Notes under the pieces: model-generated
The model's database searches: none
The model's input: the letters and a program-made list of their open reading frames with translations, nothing else
What the model was told of the DNA's origin: nothing
Source: Gemmatimonadaceae bacterium
Lineage (GTDB): Bacteria; Gemmatimonadota; Gemmatimonadetes; Gemmatimonadales; Gemmatimonadaceae
NCBI GenBank assembly: GCA_033763905.1
Contig: JANRJP010000033.1
Coordinates: forward strand, 1-16,309
DNA: 16,309 bases
Direction: 5' to 3'
In this document: one piece after another, positions 1 to 10,500 of the stretch
Position numbering within the stretch: the first letter of the stretch is position 1
Layout: each line of letters starts with the position of its first letter
Made by a program: the position numbers and the translations under genes

Positions 1-1595
1 TTGTACGGCACCAGGTCGAAGCCGAAGCCGGCGGACGTCAGGTAATCCTCGGCCCCTATCTCTTCACGCGCGCCCTTGAACGGGAACGCCCCGCCGTGAT
101 CGACGAACACCTTGCCCGTCAGTCGACCCTGGAGCCAACGACCGATCTCGCCCGCGACGGGCAGCGCCAGCGGTTTGCGTACTTCGGCGCTCGTCAGGTA
201 CCCCGTGTCGCCGATCAGAAGCCCTTCGCGGAAGCCTCGCACCGAGTATCGCCCGCCCAACTGGAATTGCTCGGCCGGCGGCAGCAACGCAATGTCGGCC
301 CATTGCCCCTGCACGCTCAACCTCAACAACGCGTCGCCCCACAATCGCTGCCAGCGTTGTACGTCGCCACGGTAAACGAGAAAGCTGTTGTCGCTGCCGA
401 TCGCGTCGATGCCCGAGGTCAGTCCGTGCTGCGTGAACCAGGTTCCCGTGGCGTCGAACTTCGTCGCCGACACGCTCGCCTCGATGCTTCGCACCGTCAC
501 GTTCGCAATCTCGACGTCGAAGAACTCCGTGCTCGAATGTTTCGCCCGGTAGGCGAGCAGGCCGTCGATCCGCAGGTCCGGCCGCGTCAGCAGCGGATGC
601 GTCGCCTGCAGCGTCAGGGTGCTCGCGCTGCCCGTCACGTCTGCGTCCGCCAGAGGACCGTTCTCGATCGAGATGTCGCTCGCATCGAAGCCAGCGCCGA
701 CGCGCGTGCCTCGTCGCCACACCGGCACGTCAATCAACACCGAACCCGTCTTCGAGCCCTCCGTGAACACGCCGGCAGTAATCAGGCGGTCGCGATAGCC
801 CGTGAGACTGCGCGTCACCACGTTCAGGGCCACGCGCTCCTCACCCACCGCCTCCGTACCGGCGTTGTCGAAACCGACGGTCGCTTCCCAGCGCGGCGGC
901 TCCACCGCCTGCAGCACGACGTCGGTCGTGCCGAAACTCGCACCCGGGGCGAGCTGCGCACGCAGGGTCAGGTCATTGCGCAGGTTGAAGTCGACCAGCC
1001 CGTCGCGCAGACCATCGAGCGCCACCAGTTCGCCGCTTGCGAGGCGCACTCGCCGCGTGATGTAGGACTCCGCCGTCGAAGCGTTGCCCTCCACTTTCAC
1101 CGCGCCGAGCGTCGCTTCGATGAGCCGCACCGTCACCACCCCGTCGGCGATCTGCTGCGGCGGCAACACGGCGCGCGCCAGCACCTGCTTCTGCGCGTAG
1201 AGCGCATTCAGTTCGGCCACCAGCGACGTCAGCTCGGCGAAGGCAATCTCTCGCCCTTCGTAGTGCGCCGTCACCGTCTTCAGTTCCTCGGCCGACAGAA
1301 TGCGTGACGGATCGAGCGCGATGCGTTTGACCTCGAAGCGGTAATCACGCAGTTCGGCCGGAATGTCCAGCAGCGGCGCCGCCGGCGCCTCGGGCAGCGG
1401 CTGTCGACGCGCCTCTTCCGCCTCGCGCAGCCGCGCCGCGCGGCGCTGCTCCTCGAGCAGATCCTGCTGACGGCGCTGGATCGCGCCGGCTTCGTCGCGC
1501 GCGGCCTGCTGGGCCGACACGGCGCCGCTCGCCGCGAAGACGAAGAGCGCGAACAGGACCCGCTTGCCCCTCGTAGTCCCAATGCGTGTGTTCAA
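1..1595 (-). CDS. TpsB (ShlB/FhaC/HecB family) two-partner secretion outer-membrane transporter, Omp85 superfamily; 3' end runs off the window
   Basis: Manual translation of the minus frame (codons 1595-1593 down to 5-3, 531 codons) found no stop. It gives a Sec-type signal peptide MNTRIGTTRGKRVLFALFVFAASGAVSA/QQ and POTRA-like segments (RFEVKRIALDPSRILSAEEL...YEGREIAFAELTSLVAELNALYAQKQVLARAVLPPQQIADGVVTVRLIE). The barrel starts at TVGFDNAGTEAVGEER, and the diagnostic loop-6 motif EQFQLGGRYSVRGF is at 272-231. Late strands read VFVDHGGAF and YLTSAGFGFDL. The TTG start overlaps the tpsA TGA (TTGA, 1595-1592). The start codon is inferred. Confidence 0.95.
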   Translation of the reverse strand, partial: MNTRIGTTRGKRVLFALFVFAASGAVSAQQAARDEAGAIQRRQQDLLEEQRRAARLREAEEARRQPLPEAPAAPLLDIPAELRDYRFEVKRIALDPSRILSAEELKTVTAHYEGREIAFAELTSLVAELNALYAQKQVLARAVLPPQQIADGVVTVRLIEATLGAVKVEGNASTAESYITRRVRLASGELVALDGLRDGLVDFNLRNDLTLRAQLAPGASFGTTDVVLQAVEPPRWEATVGFDNAGTEAVGEERVALNVVTRSLTGYRDRLITAGVFTEGSKTGSVLIDVPVWRRGTRVGAGFDASDISIENGPLADADVTGSASTLTLQATHPLLTRPDLRIDGLLAYRAKHSSTEFFDVEIANVTVRSIEASVSATKFDATGTWFTQHGLTSGIDAIGSDNSFLVYRGDVQRWQRLWGDALLRLSVQGQWADIALLPPAEQFQLGGRYSVRGFREGLLIGDTGYLTSAEVRKPLALPVAGEIGRWLQGRLTGKVFVDHGGAFPFKGAREEIGAEDYLTSAGFGFDLVPY

Positions 1596-4500
1596 GGTGC
1601 GACCCCGAATTCTCCGGCACCCGGCACGCGCCAGAAACCGCCCGCCTCCAGGTTGTCCAGATCGATCAACAACCCGGCATCGACGGTGTCGCCACCGAAC
1701 AGCTCGCCTTGCAACGCGGCGGTCGACACGTTGTCCTGCACCGCCATCGCCTTCTGCGTCATGCGCATGACGCTGTTCTCGGTACTGAAGGCGTTGACGA
1801 CGAAATTGTCGTCGTAGCTCACGATGAGCGCGTTGGTCTGGATCCGGGCGGCCTCGGCCAGGGCGAGGAAGAAGGGGTCGCCATCGGTGAAGAGCTGTGC
1901 CGGACCCGGCAGCAGGCGCGGGGAACCGTTATCGATGATCACCGAGTTCGCCGGGTGGCGGATGTCGCCACGCTCGGTAATCGTCGCGTTGAGCAGGCTC
2001 AGTTCACGGCTGGTGCTGAAGATGTCCGCAAGCTTCGTCGCGAGGCTGGTGAACATGACCGGCGACGCCGACTCGATGTCGACGTCCACCAGGTTCGCAA
2101 GTCCATCGTCGTTGCCGCGCAGATCGAGCAGCAACGTATCGAGTGCACCGGTATGCACGAGCTTCGGCAGCAGGATCCGGTCCGCCCGCAAGCGCGCGCC
2201 GTCGACGATCCGCATCTCGCCCACGAGCAGGGTCGCCCCCTCCTGACGCACGGTCAAGTCGACGCCATCGGCCTCGAGGTACCCGACCACGAGGGAGCCC
2301 CCGGCGAGGTCGAAGTCGAGGACTTCATCCGAGTACAGGTTGTCGAACAGCGCGTTGCCGTTGCGCACCCGGATCTTGAGCGGGCCGGTGCGCGTACCGA
2401 TGTCGCGGGCCTGCAGATCGCCGTTCCACTCTTCGAACCAGAGGCCCGTGTCCGCCTTGGCGAGCACCTTGCCGTTCGAGTCCACCGAGAAGAACTGGTC
2501 GGGGCTGCCGATCGTGCCGGTGCCGGCGGTCAGATCGATCTTCGCCCCTGTGACGTGCGGCGCCGTGCCGACGCCGAGCAAGGAGCGCGGCGCGCGCAGC
2601 TGGACGTCGCCTCCCGCCTTCAGGGCTTCGATGCGCAGATCGCCGGTCGGGGTCGTCGCGTACACGCCACCGGCGACCGTGCCGCCGAAAGCGCCCGTGC
2701 TGGCGAAGACGCTGAACGGCGACGCTGCACTGCCGACGTCTCCCGTGCGGCTCGACAGGCGTATCGCCGCGGCATTGAGGGCGACGGAGTCCTGGGCCAC
2801 GCGGGCATCCGTGACGCCGCCGAGTGCGCTCAGATCCGCGGTTCCCTTGGCCAGCACGCTCGCCACGCGCAGGTTGCCGAGACGTTCGTCCAGGAAGATC
2901 GAACCGCCGGCGCGCGCCGTGAGTGTCGTGCCATTGGCCAGTGCGATGCGCAGCGGATCGCCTGCGGCGCCGATGTCCCCATGCGCCGCCTCGACGATGA
3001 GCCCCCCTGCGCGCACCGTCGGCGCGGCGTCGGTCGAGACGTCGAAGATTCCTTCCGCGCCCTTGATGCGGACCTGGCCATCGCTCGTGACCGACTTGAT
3101 GTTCAGGTCCTGCTCGCCACCGAGATAGACGTGATCACGGCCTTCGACGAGCAGCTGACCATTGGCCGCGACATCGACGTCTTCCCGGCGCAGGACGGTC
3201 ACGGTCTCGCTCACCGTATCGACCGCCACATCGTCGGCCTCCGCGGCGGCGAGCGCGATACGCTGCTCGTCCGTAAGGCCGGTCTGCGTTCCTGGAATGA
3301 CGACTGGCGTGCGCTCGGACCCGACGCTACCGGCGAGCGAGCGCAGCGTGACGTTCCGCCCGACCACGTTCGGCTCCTCGATGCTGGTTTCGGTGTCGGT
3401 CGTCTTCTTGAATACGATGTTCCCGCTGAGCGCATAGCGAAGCTCGTTCTGCTCCCATTTGTAGCCTTCCGCCAGTTCGCTGCGCTCCGCCGACGTCGCC
3501 TCGTATTCGTAATCGGGGTCGTAGCTCGTGCCACCCCATGCCTCGTGAAGACGATGGTATTCGGCTGTGCGGCGGTCGGCATACGCGCCGATCTCATCGT
3601 CCGTGAGACCGTTGGCATCCAGCGCGGCGCGCTCCTCCGCTGACACCGCGTAGGCGTAAGCGGGGTCATGGTCTTCCACCGTGTAGCCGGTGATTTCTCC
3701 CTCTTCATCGCGGATTTCGCGCACGCCACGGTACTGCCAGTAAGCGCGGTATTCCGCCGTCTTGCTGCCTTCGAATGCATCGAGGGTCGAATTTCGGCTC
3801 GCTTCGGCCTCCGCGCCGACGAGGCCGAGGTCCTTCCACAGGTCGAGCAGTTCGCTCTCGGCGCGGGTATCGCGCGTCTCGTGGGTGTTGCCATCGAGGA
3901 GGTCGCCGTCGCGAACCGTAATCGTCACGTCGCCGTCCAGGGACTCGACGCGCTCGAGCGCCAGGTCGCCCGTCTCCTGCGCGAGGTGAATGTCATCGAA
4001 TGCCCGCGCATTCAACACCCCCCCGGTGCCGGTGGCGATCATCAGCGCCTGCGTCTCCGTGCCGATCCCGCCGAGGGCGGCATTCAAGTTCAGATTGCGC
4101 CCCTCGACGTGCGGCTCGATGCTTCCGACCGCACCGAGCAGGCTGCCATCCGCGTTCAGCCAGACATCGCCGTCACTCGTGCCCACGCGAGAGAGCACGA
4201 GATCGCCGTTGCGCGTACGCAGCGCCACGTCTCCGCTCAGCGTCGTCGCAGAGACCGCACCACCGACGGCCTCGGTCACGACAGGCGCCACCTCGCTGCC
4301 GATGCCGGTGGCCGCGGACAGAGAGATGTTCGTGCCGCGCACCGCACCGAACTCCGAAACGAGTTCTATCGAGCCCGCCGACGAACTGAGATTGACATTG
4401 CCGGTGCTGTTACGGACCACGCCGTGCAGTTTCAAGCTGGCGTCGCTCGCCACGCTGAGTTCGCCGGCGTCATAACCAATGAATTCGATGTCTATCGCAT

Positions 4501-7500
4501 GGTCGGCGCGCACCGAGTGTGTGTGGAATTCCCGGCTGCCTTGCGCCCAGGTATCACGAATGTAGTAGGTACGCGACACACAGCCGAAGAACCAGAAATT
4601 GCACGAAGACCACTCCTGACGATAGGTGCGCTGCAAGCCAGCGGTCTGGAACCGATCGAAGTCATACGCATAATCGGACCCGGCCACCGCGCCGATGGCC
4701 GTGTACTCGCCGTCACGCAAGGGGGTCCCTGACAGTGGCGTCGGCCCCACGTACTGCGAATAGTTGTTGGAGCCGGCTGGGATGAAACCCAACACGGTCG
4801 TGTTGGACGATGTGCCGATGAATTGCTCGATGAAGTTCTGCCCCGTGGTCCAGACATAGCGCTGGCCGCTCACGGGTGAGTATTCCCAGCTGCGCGCGTT
4901 CATGCGCACGTCGGGATCATCGATCAGCACTTCTTCTCCCTCGACCAGCACGAGATCCTGGCGCTGGATATCCGCGCCAACCCGCGTATAGCGCGTCGTC
5001 ACCGGCCGGAATACCCCGTCTATCGCATGTTGCTTCGCCGTGTCCGTGATCAACAATTGACCCTCGATGCCGTTGCCGGTGTCGAGGCTGTTGACGACCA
5101 GACTGCGCCCGGTGTGGTTCTCGATGTCGATGCGGCCGAAGCCGTCGATCACGTTCAGGTGGCCACCCTCCGTGCTCAGAATCTCACCGAACAGCTGCAT
5201 GTAGCCACCACGGATGCGAACGCCTTCCAGTTCCACCTGGTCGGTCTCCGGGTTGTAGAAGGCTGCGATCGTGCCCTTCGGATCCGCCAGGGAACCCTTC
5301 AGCTGCAGCTTGCCCGGCAGCACGGCACCGGCCTCGAGCGCCGCGATGTAGTCGCTCCGCCACGCATCGATGTCGGCGACCAGGCCGCTGTCGAGGTCGA
5401 GGCTCCAGTCGGGAATGCCGCTCTGCACCGTACCGTTGATGTTGAGATAGCGGGCGCTGATGAAGACATTGTTGCCGGCGATGATGGAGCCCTGGCCGAC
5501 GCGTGATCCCGACACCACGCGGTCGACCTTGCCGGCTTCCGAAGCGCTCGCCACCGAAGCCCACATCATGCTCGGATCGTTCTGCGAGCCACCGATGTTG
5601 TAGAGACCGTTGACATAGGACTGCACGAAGTCGCCACCGGCGTCGATGTCGATCGTGTCGGCGGTGATACGCGGCCCGGACTCGAAGTCATTGCCGACCA
5701 CCAGCACGCTGCCACGACTGTTCTGGATGCTGATGGTGCCGTTGACGTTCGTCAGGTCGTCCGTCACCTGGATGTCGGGAGCGCGCCCCGCGCTGCCGTC
5801 GACCTGTGCCTCCGGCGCGTACGTGTTCTCGACGTCGATACGCGGCGCGCCGCCGGTGCCGCCCGTGCTGATGCTGGCAAAACGAGCACCGGGCGCGCCT
5901 GGTGCATTGCGGCGACTGATGGCATCGTTGTCGTTGACCGTGGCGCCATTGAAGCTGAGTCGACCGCCGACGTCTTCGATCGTGAGCTTGCCGAGTCGTA
6001 GATTCGCCGCACCGTGGTTCGTGATACGGATGGCGGCGTCGCCGGGCGCATCGAGGACGCCGTTGCCGAGCAGGGAGCCTGCTTCGACGGAGATGTCACC
6101 CCCGCGGGCCCGCACGTCATCGATGACGATGAAGTCCGCCAGGACCTGGATGACGGGAATGGTGTTGGCGGGGTCGGCCGTGTAGCCGAGGTCGGCCAAC
6201 TGCCGGCGGATGCGCAGGATCTCGTTGTCGTACGCAGCCTGAGCGTTCGCATTGCCGGTGTACGCTTCGCGCAACTCCTCGAAGTTCTGCAGATCGGCAA
6301 TCAGGTTGGCGACGAGATCCACGTCGTCGAGCGTATCGAAGTTCACACCCGCGGTCTGAGTCACGAGCGCACCCGTGACGTCGAATTCGAGTTCCTGCCG
6401 GCTCTGGATGCCGGCGGCGACTTCGCCGTCCACCCGAACCTCCCCGACGTTCGCGAGCAGGCTCGTGCCACTATGCAGGTCGAGGGAGACGTCGCCGCCG
6501 CCGAACAGGTTGCTGAAGAAACTCGCGATGGCAGCAAGAATCTCCCGGTAGAGATCCTTGCCTGTGCCACGACCGTCGGCGAAAGCGGCGCCGCGGTCGG
6601 CGATCAGCGTGATGTCCTGTACCGCGTGCACCGCGCCGGTGGCCGCGACGTCGATGCGGCTCGCGTGAGCGACGCGCGCATTGGCGTCAGGATTCGTCTC
6701 CACGGGAAACGCGGTCTTGTTGAAGAGATCGGTACGCGCAATGGCACGCAGTTCATCCGCGCGCCCGATGCCGTCCCGCCCGGCCGTCAGCGTGATGTCT
6801 CCATCGGCCCGCACGCGTGCCGCCGCGGCGATGTCGACCAGGCTGTCTGCGTGGATCTCGGCCGTCGAAAGCCCCTCGGCCGCGCCGGCGAGGCCATAAG
6901 TCTTCGCGTTGGCGCTGGCGCTCGCCACACCGCGGTTACCGGCGGCGATCAGGACGTTGCCGGCACTGTCGAGCCGGGCCCTTGCACCGAGACCGCTCGT
7001 CGCCAATGCGTGGGCGATGACGGCCGACTCGGCGCGTGCGATGGCGATCGCGCCGCCGGCATCGAGCCGTACGCGGTCGCTGAGCGTGAAGTCGTTGCGT
7101 GCCGCAATCGTCGCGCCGCCACCGGACTCGGCGGTATCGGTCAGAGTGACGTCGGCGTCGGCATCGATCGTCGCGTAAGTCAGCAGCGACACGTCGGCGA
7201 GCGTCGAAGCTGCCGCTCCGCCAAAGATGCCGCCAGCGCCGGCTTCGAGATCGAACGCACCTACGGTGGTCTTGCGTGCGACGTTGGTCGCGAACACCTG
7301 GAGCGAGCCAGCCTCCAGCTTGGCGCCGGCCACGACGCGCGCGCGCACGGTCGGGTCGACGTCGTGATGGGCCGAGCCGCCGCTCGCGCCGAGCAAGGAG
7401 GCGCTCAGCGCGTTGACATACCCATCGAAACTCGCGAGGTGTTCGGCGCGAACGTCGAGCAGGCCGCCGATCGTCGGTGCGGCGGCGACCTCCGCAATCG

Positions 7501-10500
7501 TCGTGGACAGATTGCGCGTGGTCGCGCTGGCGGCGGCACCTGCGATCACGCCGCCTGCACCGGCAGTCGCCGAGGCGGAGGTATGGTCGGCGCCGCTCGC
7601 AACGACACCGACGTTGCCGTCCACGCCGTCGCCCTCCGCGGCGAGACTCGCCGTGGTGGTCGAACCCGAGGTGGCGCGGGACTTGTTGGCGCCCACGGCC
7701 AGGAAGCCGACGGACACCCCGCTGACCAAGGCACTGGCGTGTCCGTCCGAGCTTGCGAACAGGCTCAGGTCACCGCCGATGTCGAGCAAGGCGTCGTCGA
7801 CGATCGAGGCGAGCACGGTGGCGCCCGTGTAGGCCTCACTCTCGCTCGCATTGATGCCGAACAGCAGACCGCCGCCGGAGCCGCTCGCCTCGCTGGCCGC
7901 GCTTGCAAGCCCGGATTGCCGGACCTGGGACGCGGTGACGAAAAGCGAGCCGACGTTGATGTCGCTGTGGGCGCCGATCAGTGCGGTGGCGAAGGAGGTG
8001 GCGCTCGCCCGGGCAAAGGATGCGCCGATGCCACCACCAGCGGCGATGCTGACGCCGCTCGCCGCCGCGCGTGTCGCCGGCGAGGCGATCGCGCTCAGCG
8101 CGAGCGCGCCGCCGCCGAGTTCGAACACCGTGTATTGTCCGGATTTCGCCGTCACGTGCGAGGTATCGCTCGCGCGGGCGTCGGCGCCGTTGGCGGCGAT
8201 CGCGAGACCGCCCGCAGCAGCCTGCACGTCCGCCGTCACGCTGCCGCGGCCCTCGGCGGACAGACTCGCCCCGCCCGCCGTCACGCTGGCGTGCGCGGCC
8301 GCGGTACCGTCCGCGGTGCGGGCCGTGACGGTGCTGTTCTTCGTGGAACGGGCCACGGCAACGCCGACCGCCGCCGCGCCGAGCGCGGCGCCGACCGAAT
8401 CGGTTGCGAGATCGGTGTCGTCGAACGCGGTGATCGTCACGGTGCCGGCGCGCGTCACATCGCCCGCGAGCTCCGCCTCCACGAGATTGTCGACGGTCCC
8501 GATGGCGACCGCCGCACCGAGTCCGACGAGCCCCGCGCCGCCGGCGAAGGCCGTCACCTCGGCAAGGCCGCCGAAGGGGTCGCCGCTACCGGGCAGTGGC
8601 GCGGCCTTCGCGCTGAGCGTGAACGTGCTGTCGACATCAATGGTGGACGTGGCATCGACTACTGCCCGCACGTTCGCCCGCATGTGCGTCACGCCGACAC
8701 CGCCACCGACGCCCACACCAAGGCCGGCACCCACACCCCCTGCCAGCGTTTCGGCGAGGCTCGCATCCTGCGCCGACACGAGCAGGCTGCCTGCATTCAC
8801 CGTGGCGTTGCGGATGCTCGCCACCGTTTCGTAGGGCCGAGTGCCCGTGACCGCCACCTTCACCTCGTGACGGCTCGAGCCGTTGATCTCGTCGCGCTCC
8901 TCCGCCGTCAAGGCGACCGTGTCGTCACTCCCGGTGTCGGCCAGCCGATTGCTCTTTGCCATCTTGTCGGCTTCGGACAGCGTGCCGCTGCCGCCCTTGT
9001 CGGCTTCGGTTAGGGTTTCCGCGTCCGGCGCGACGCCGAGCAACGTGACCGTCGCCGCGCCCCCGATCCCTGCCGTACCGCCGACGCCTGCCATGACTGC
9101 AGTCGCGGCGACGTCGTTCGTGCTGAGCGCCGTCACCTCGACCGCACCACTGCCGTACACCGTGCTGTCGACGAGTTCGGCGGCGACGCGGCTCTTCAGC
9201 ACGTTGACGCTCGCGCCCGCACCGACGCCGGCAGTGCCGCCGGCCGCGAGTCCGCCGGCGACGTTGTCGATCACGATGTCGCCGCGGGCGTCGACGTCGA
9301 GGCTGCTGACTTCAAGATCTTCTTCACCGACATCGGTATCCGCGACGTACGCTTCGACCGTACTCGTCGCCAGGTTCACCACCGCCACGCCCGCGAGGCC
9401 GACGCCGCCGGCGCCGGACCCACCGATGGCATAGGACCTCATGTCGATGAGGCCGTGGGCAGCGACACCGATGCCGTCGGTCGCCCACAAGTGCGAGCGC
9501 CCATCGACGCCGCCGTCGACATAGGCGCGCGTCGTGCCATCGGCAATGCCGAGCGCGAAGGTGCCGGCGACGCCGACGGTGCCGCCGATCGCCACCGCGC
9601 CTCCGACGAGGTGCATGCGGGCGAGCGTGTCGGCGACGACGTCGATGCGCCGCGCTTCGACGTCACTTTCAGACACCAGGGCCTCGGTGAGGCCCGAGAA
9701 TTTGACGACGCTGCCGGTGCCCGCGACGGCGAAGCCGCCTAGCGAGCCGCCGATGCCGAAGGAGGACGCCCCCATGCCGGCGAGCGCCGCGACGTCGACT
9801 TCGTCCGCCGCCGCGACCTCGCTGCCGACGATCGCGCCGCGCGTGGTGCGATCGAACACATGCGTATCGAGCGCGGCGCCGAACGCGGCGCCGCCGGCCG
9901 AGACATTGCCGACGAAGCCGTTGCCATAGGCCTGGTTGGCGGCGGTGACGTCGACGGACTGCGCATCGCCGTCCGCGGACGCGCCGAGATTGACATCGGC
10001 ATTGACGATCTCGGCGACCGTCGCCCCCTGCACGAGGTTGACGTTGACCGCCGCGCCGGCGCCGAGGCCCTGGCCTGCGGCGACGTTGACGTCGATGTTC
10101 TCGATGTGCTGCGTCGCCGACGCATTGACCGCGATGCCGGTGACGTCCTTCTTCTGCTTCTTCGACTTCAGATCGAGGCTCGCATAGCTCGCCACGTTCA
10201 CCGCTGCGGCGAGATCGACGTCCTCGTCCAGCGTGCCGTCGTACACCTCGAGCGCATCCGTTTGGCCGTCGACGCTGCGGGCGTCGACCACGGTGCGATC
10301 GTGCGCGGCGTTGCCGATACGGGCCGTCGTCGAACTGTCGATCTTGTTCACCGTCACCGACGCGCCGACGCCCACACCGCCGACACCGATGCCCGCGCTG
10401 CCGGCGGCCACCGTGATGCGATCGTCGCTCTGCGCCCGCACGCCGACGTTGCGCACGCCCTCGACGTGCGCGGCGCCGTCGACCAGTGCGTTCGTCGTGT

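Noticed and set aside
96..1307. 403-aa plus-strand ORF and the 64-720 minus-strand ORF
   Set aside because: These are the antisense shadow and an alternative frame of tpsB, whose true frame carries POTRA and VRGF motifs.
1592..2600. CdiA-type C-terminal toxin and immunity pair
   Set aside because: There is no VENN/ELYN-type delimiter or recognisable nuclease or deaminase motif, no obvious compositional shift, and tpsB starts directly at the stop with no room for cdiI.
6014..9013. Long plus-strand ORFs (999 aa here; also 1586-3643, 3668-4732, 9860-10858, 11393-12787 and 13124-15754)
   Set aside because: They are codon-aligned antisense shadows of tpsA. High-GC codon usage avoids TTA, CTA and TCA, so the opposite strand lacks stops. 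The products are Arg/Gly/Val-rich with no recognisable domain.
8960..9025. Short peptide repeat TLTEADK / TLSEADK
   Set aside because: It is only two 7-aa copies in one loop, too short to support a functional claim.
1964..9286. RGD motifs at 1972-1964 and 9286-9278
   Set aside because: They fall in ordinary beta-repeat positions (ERGDIR, ARGDIV), and a few RGDs are expected by chance given the composition.
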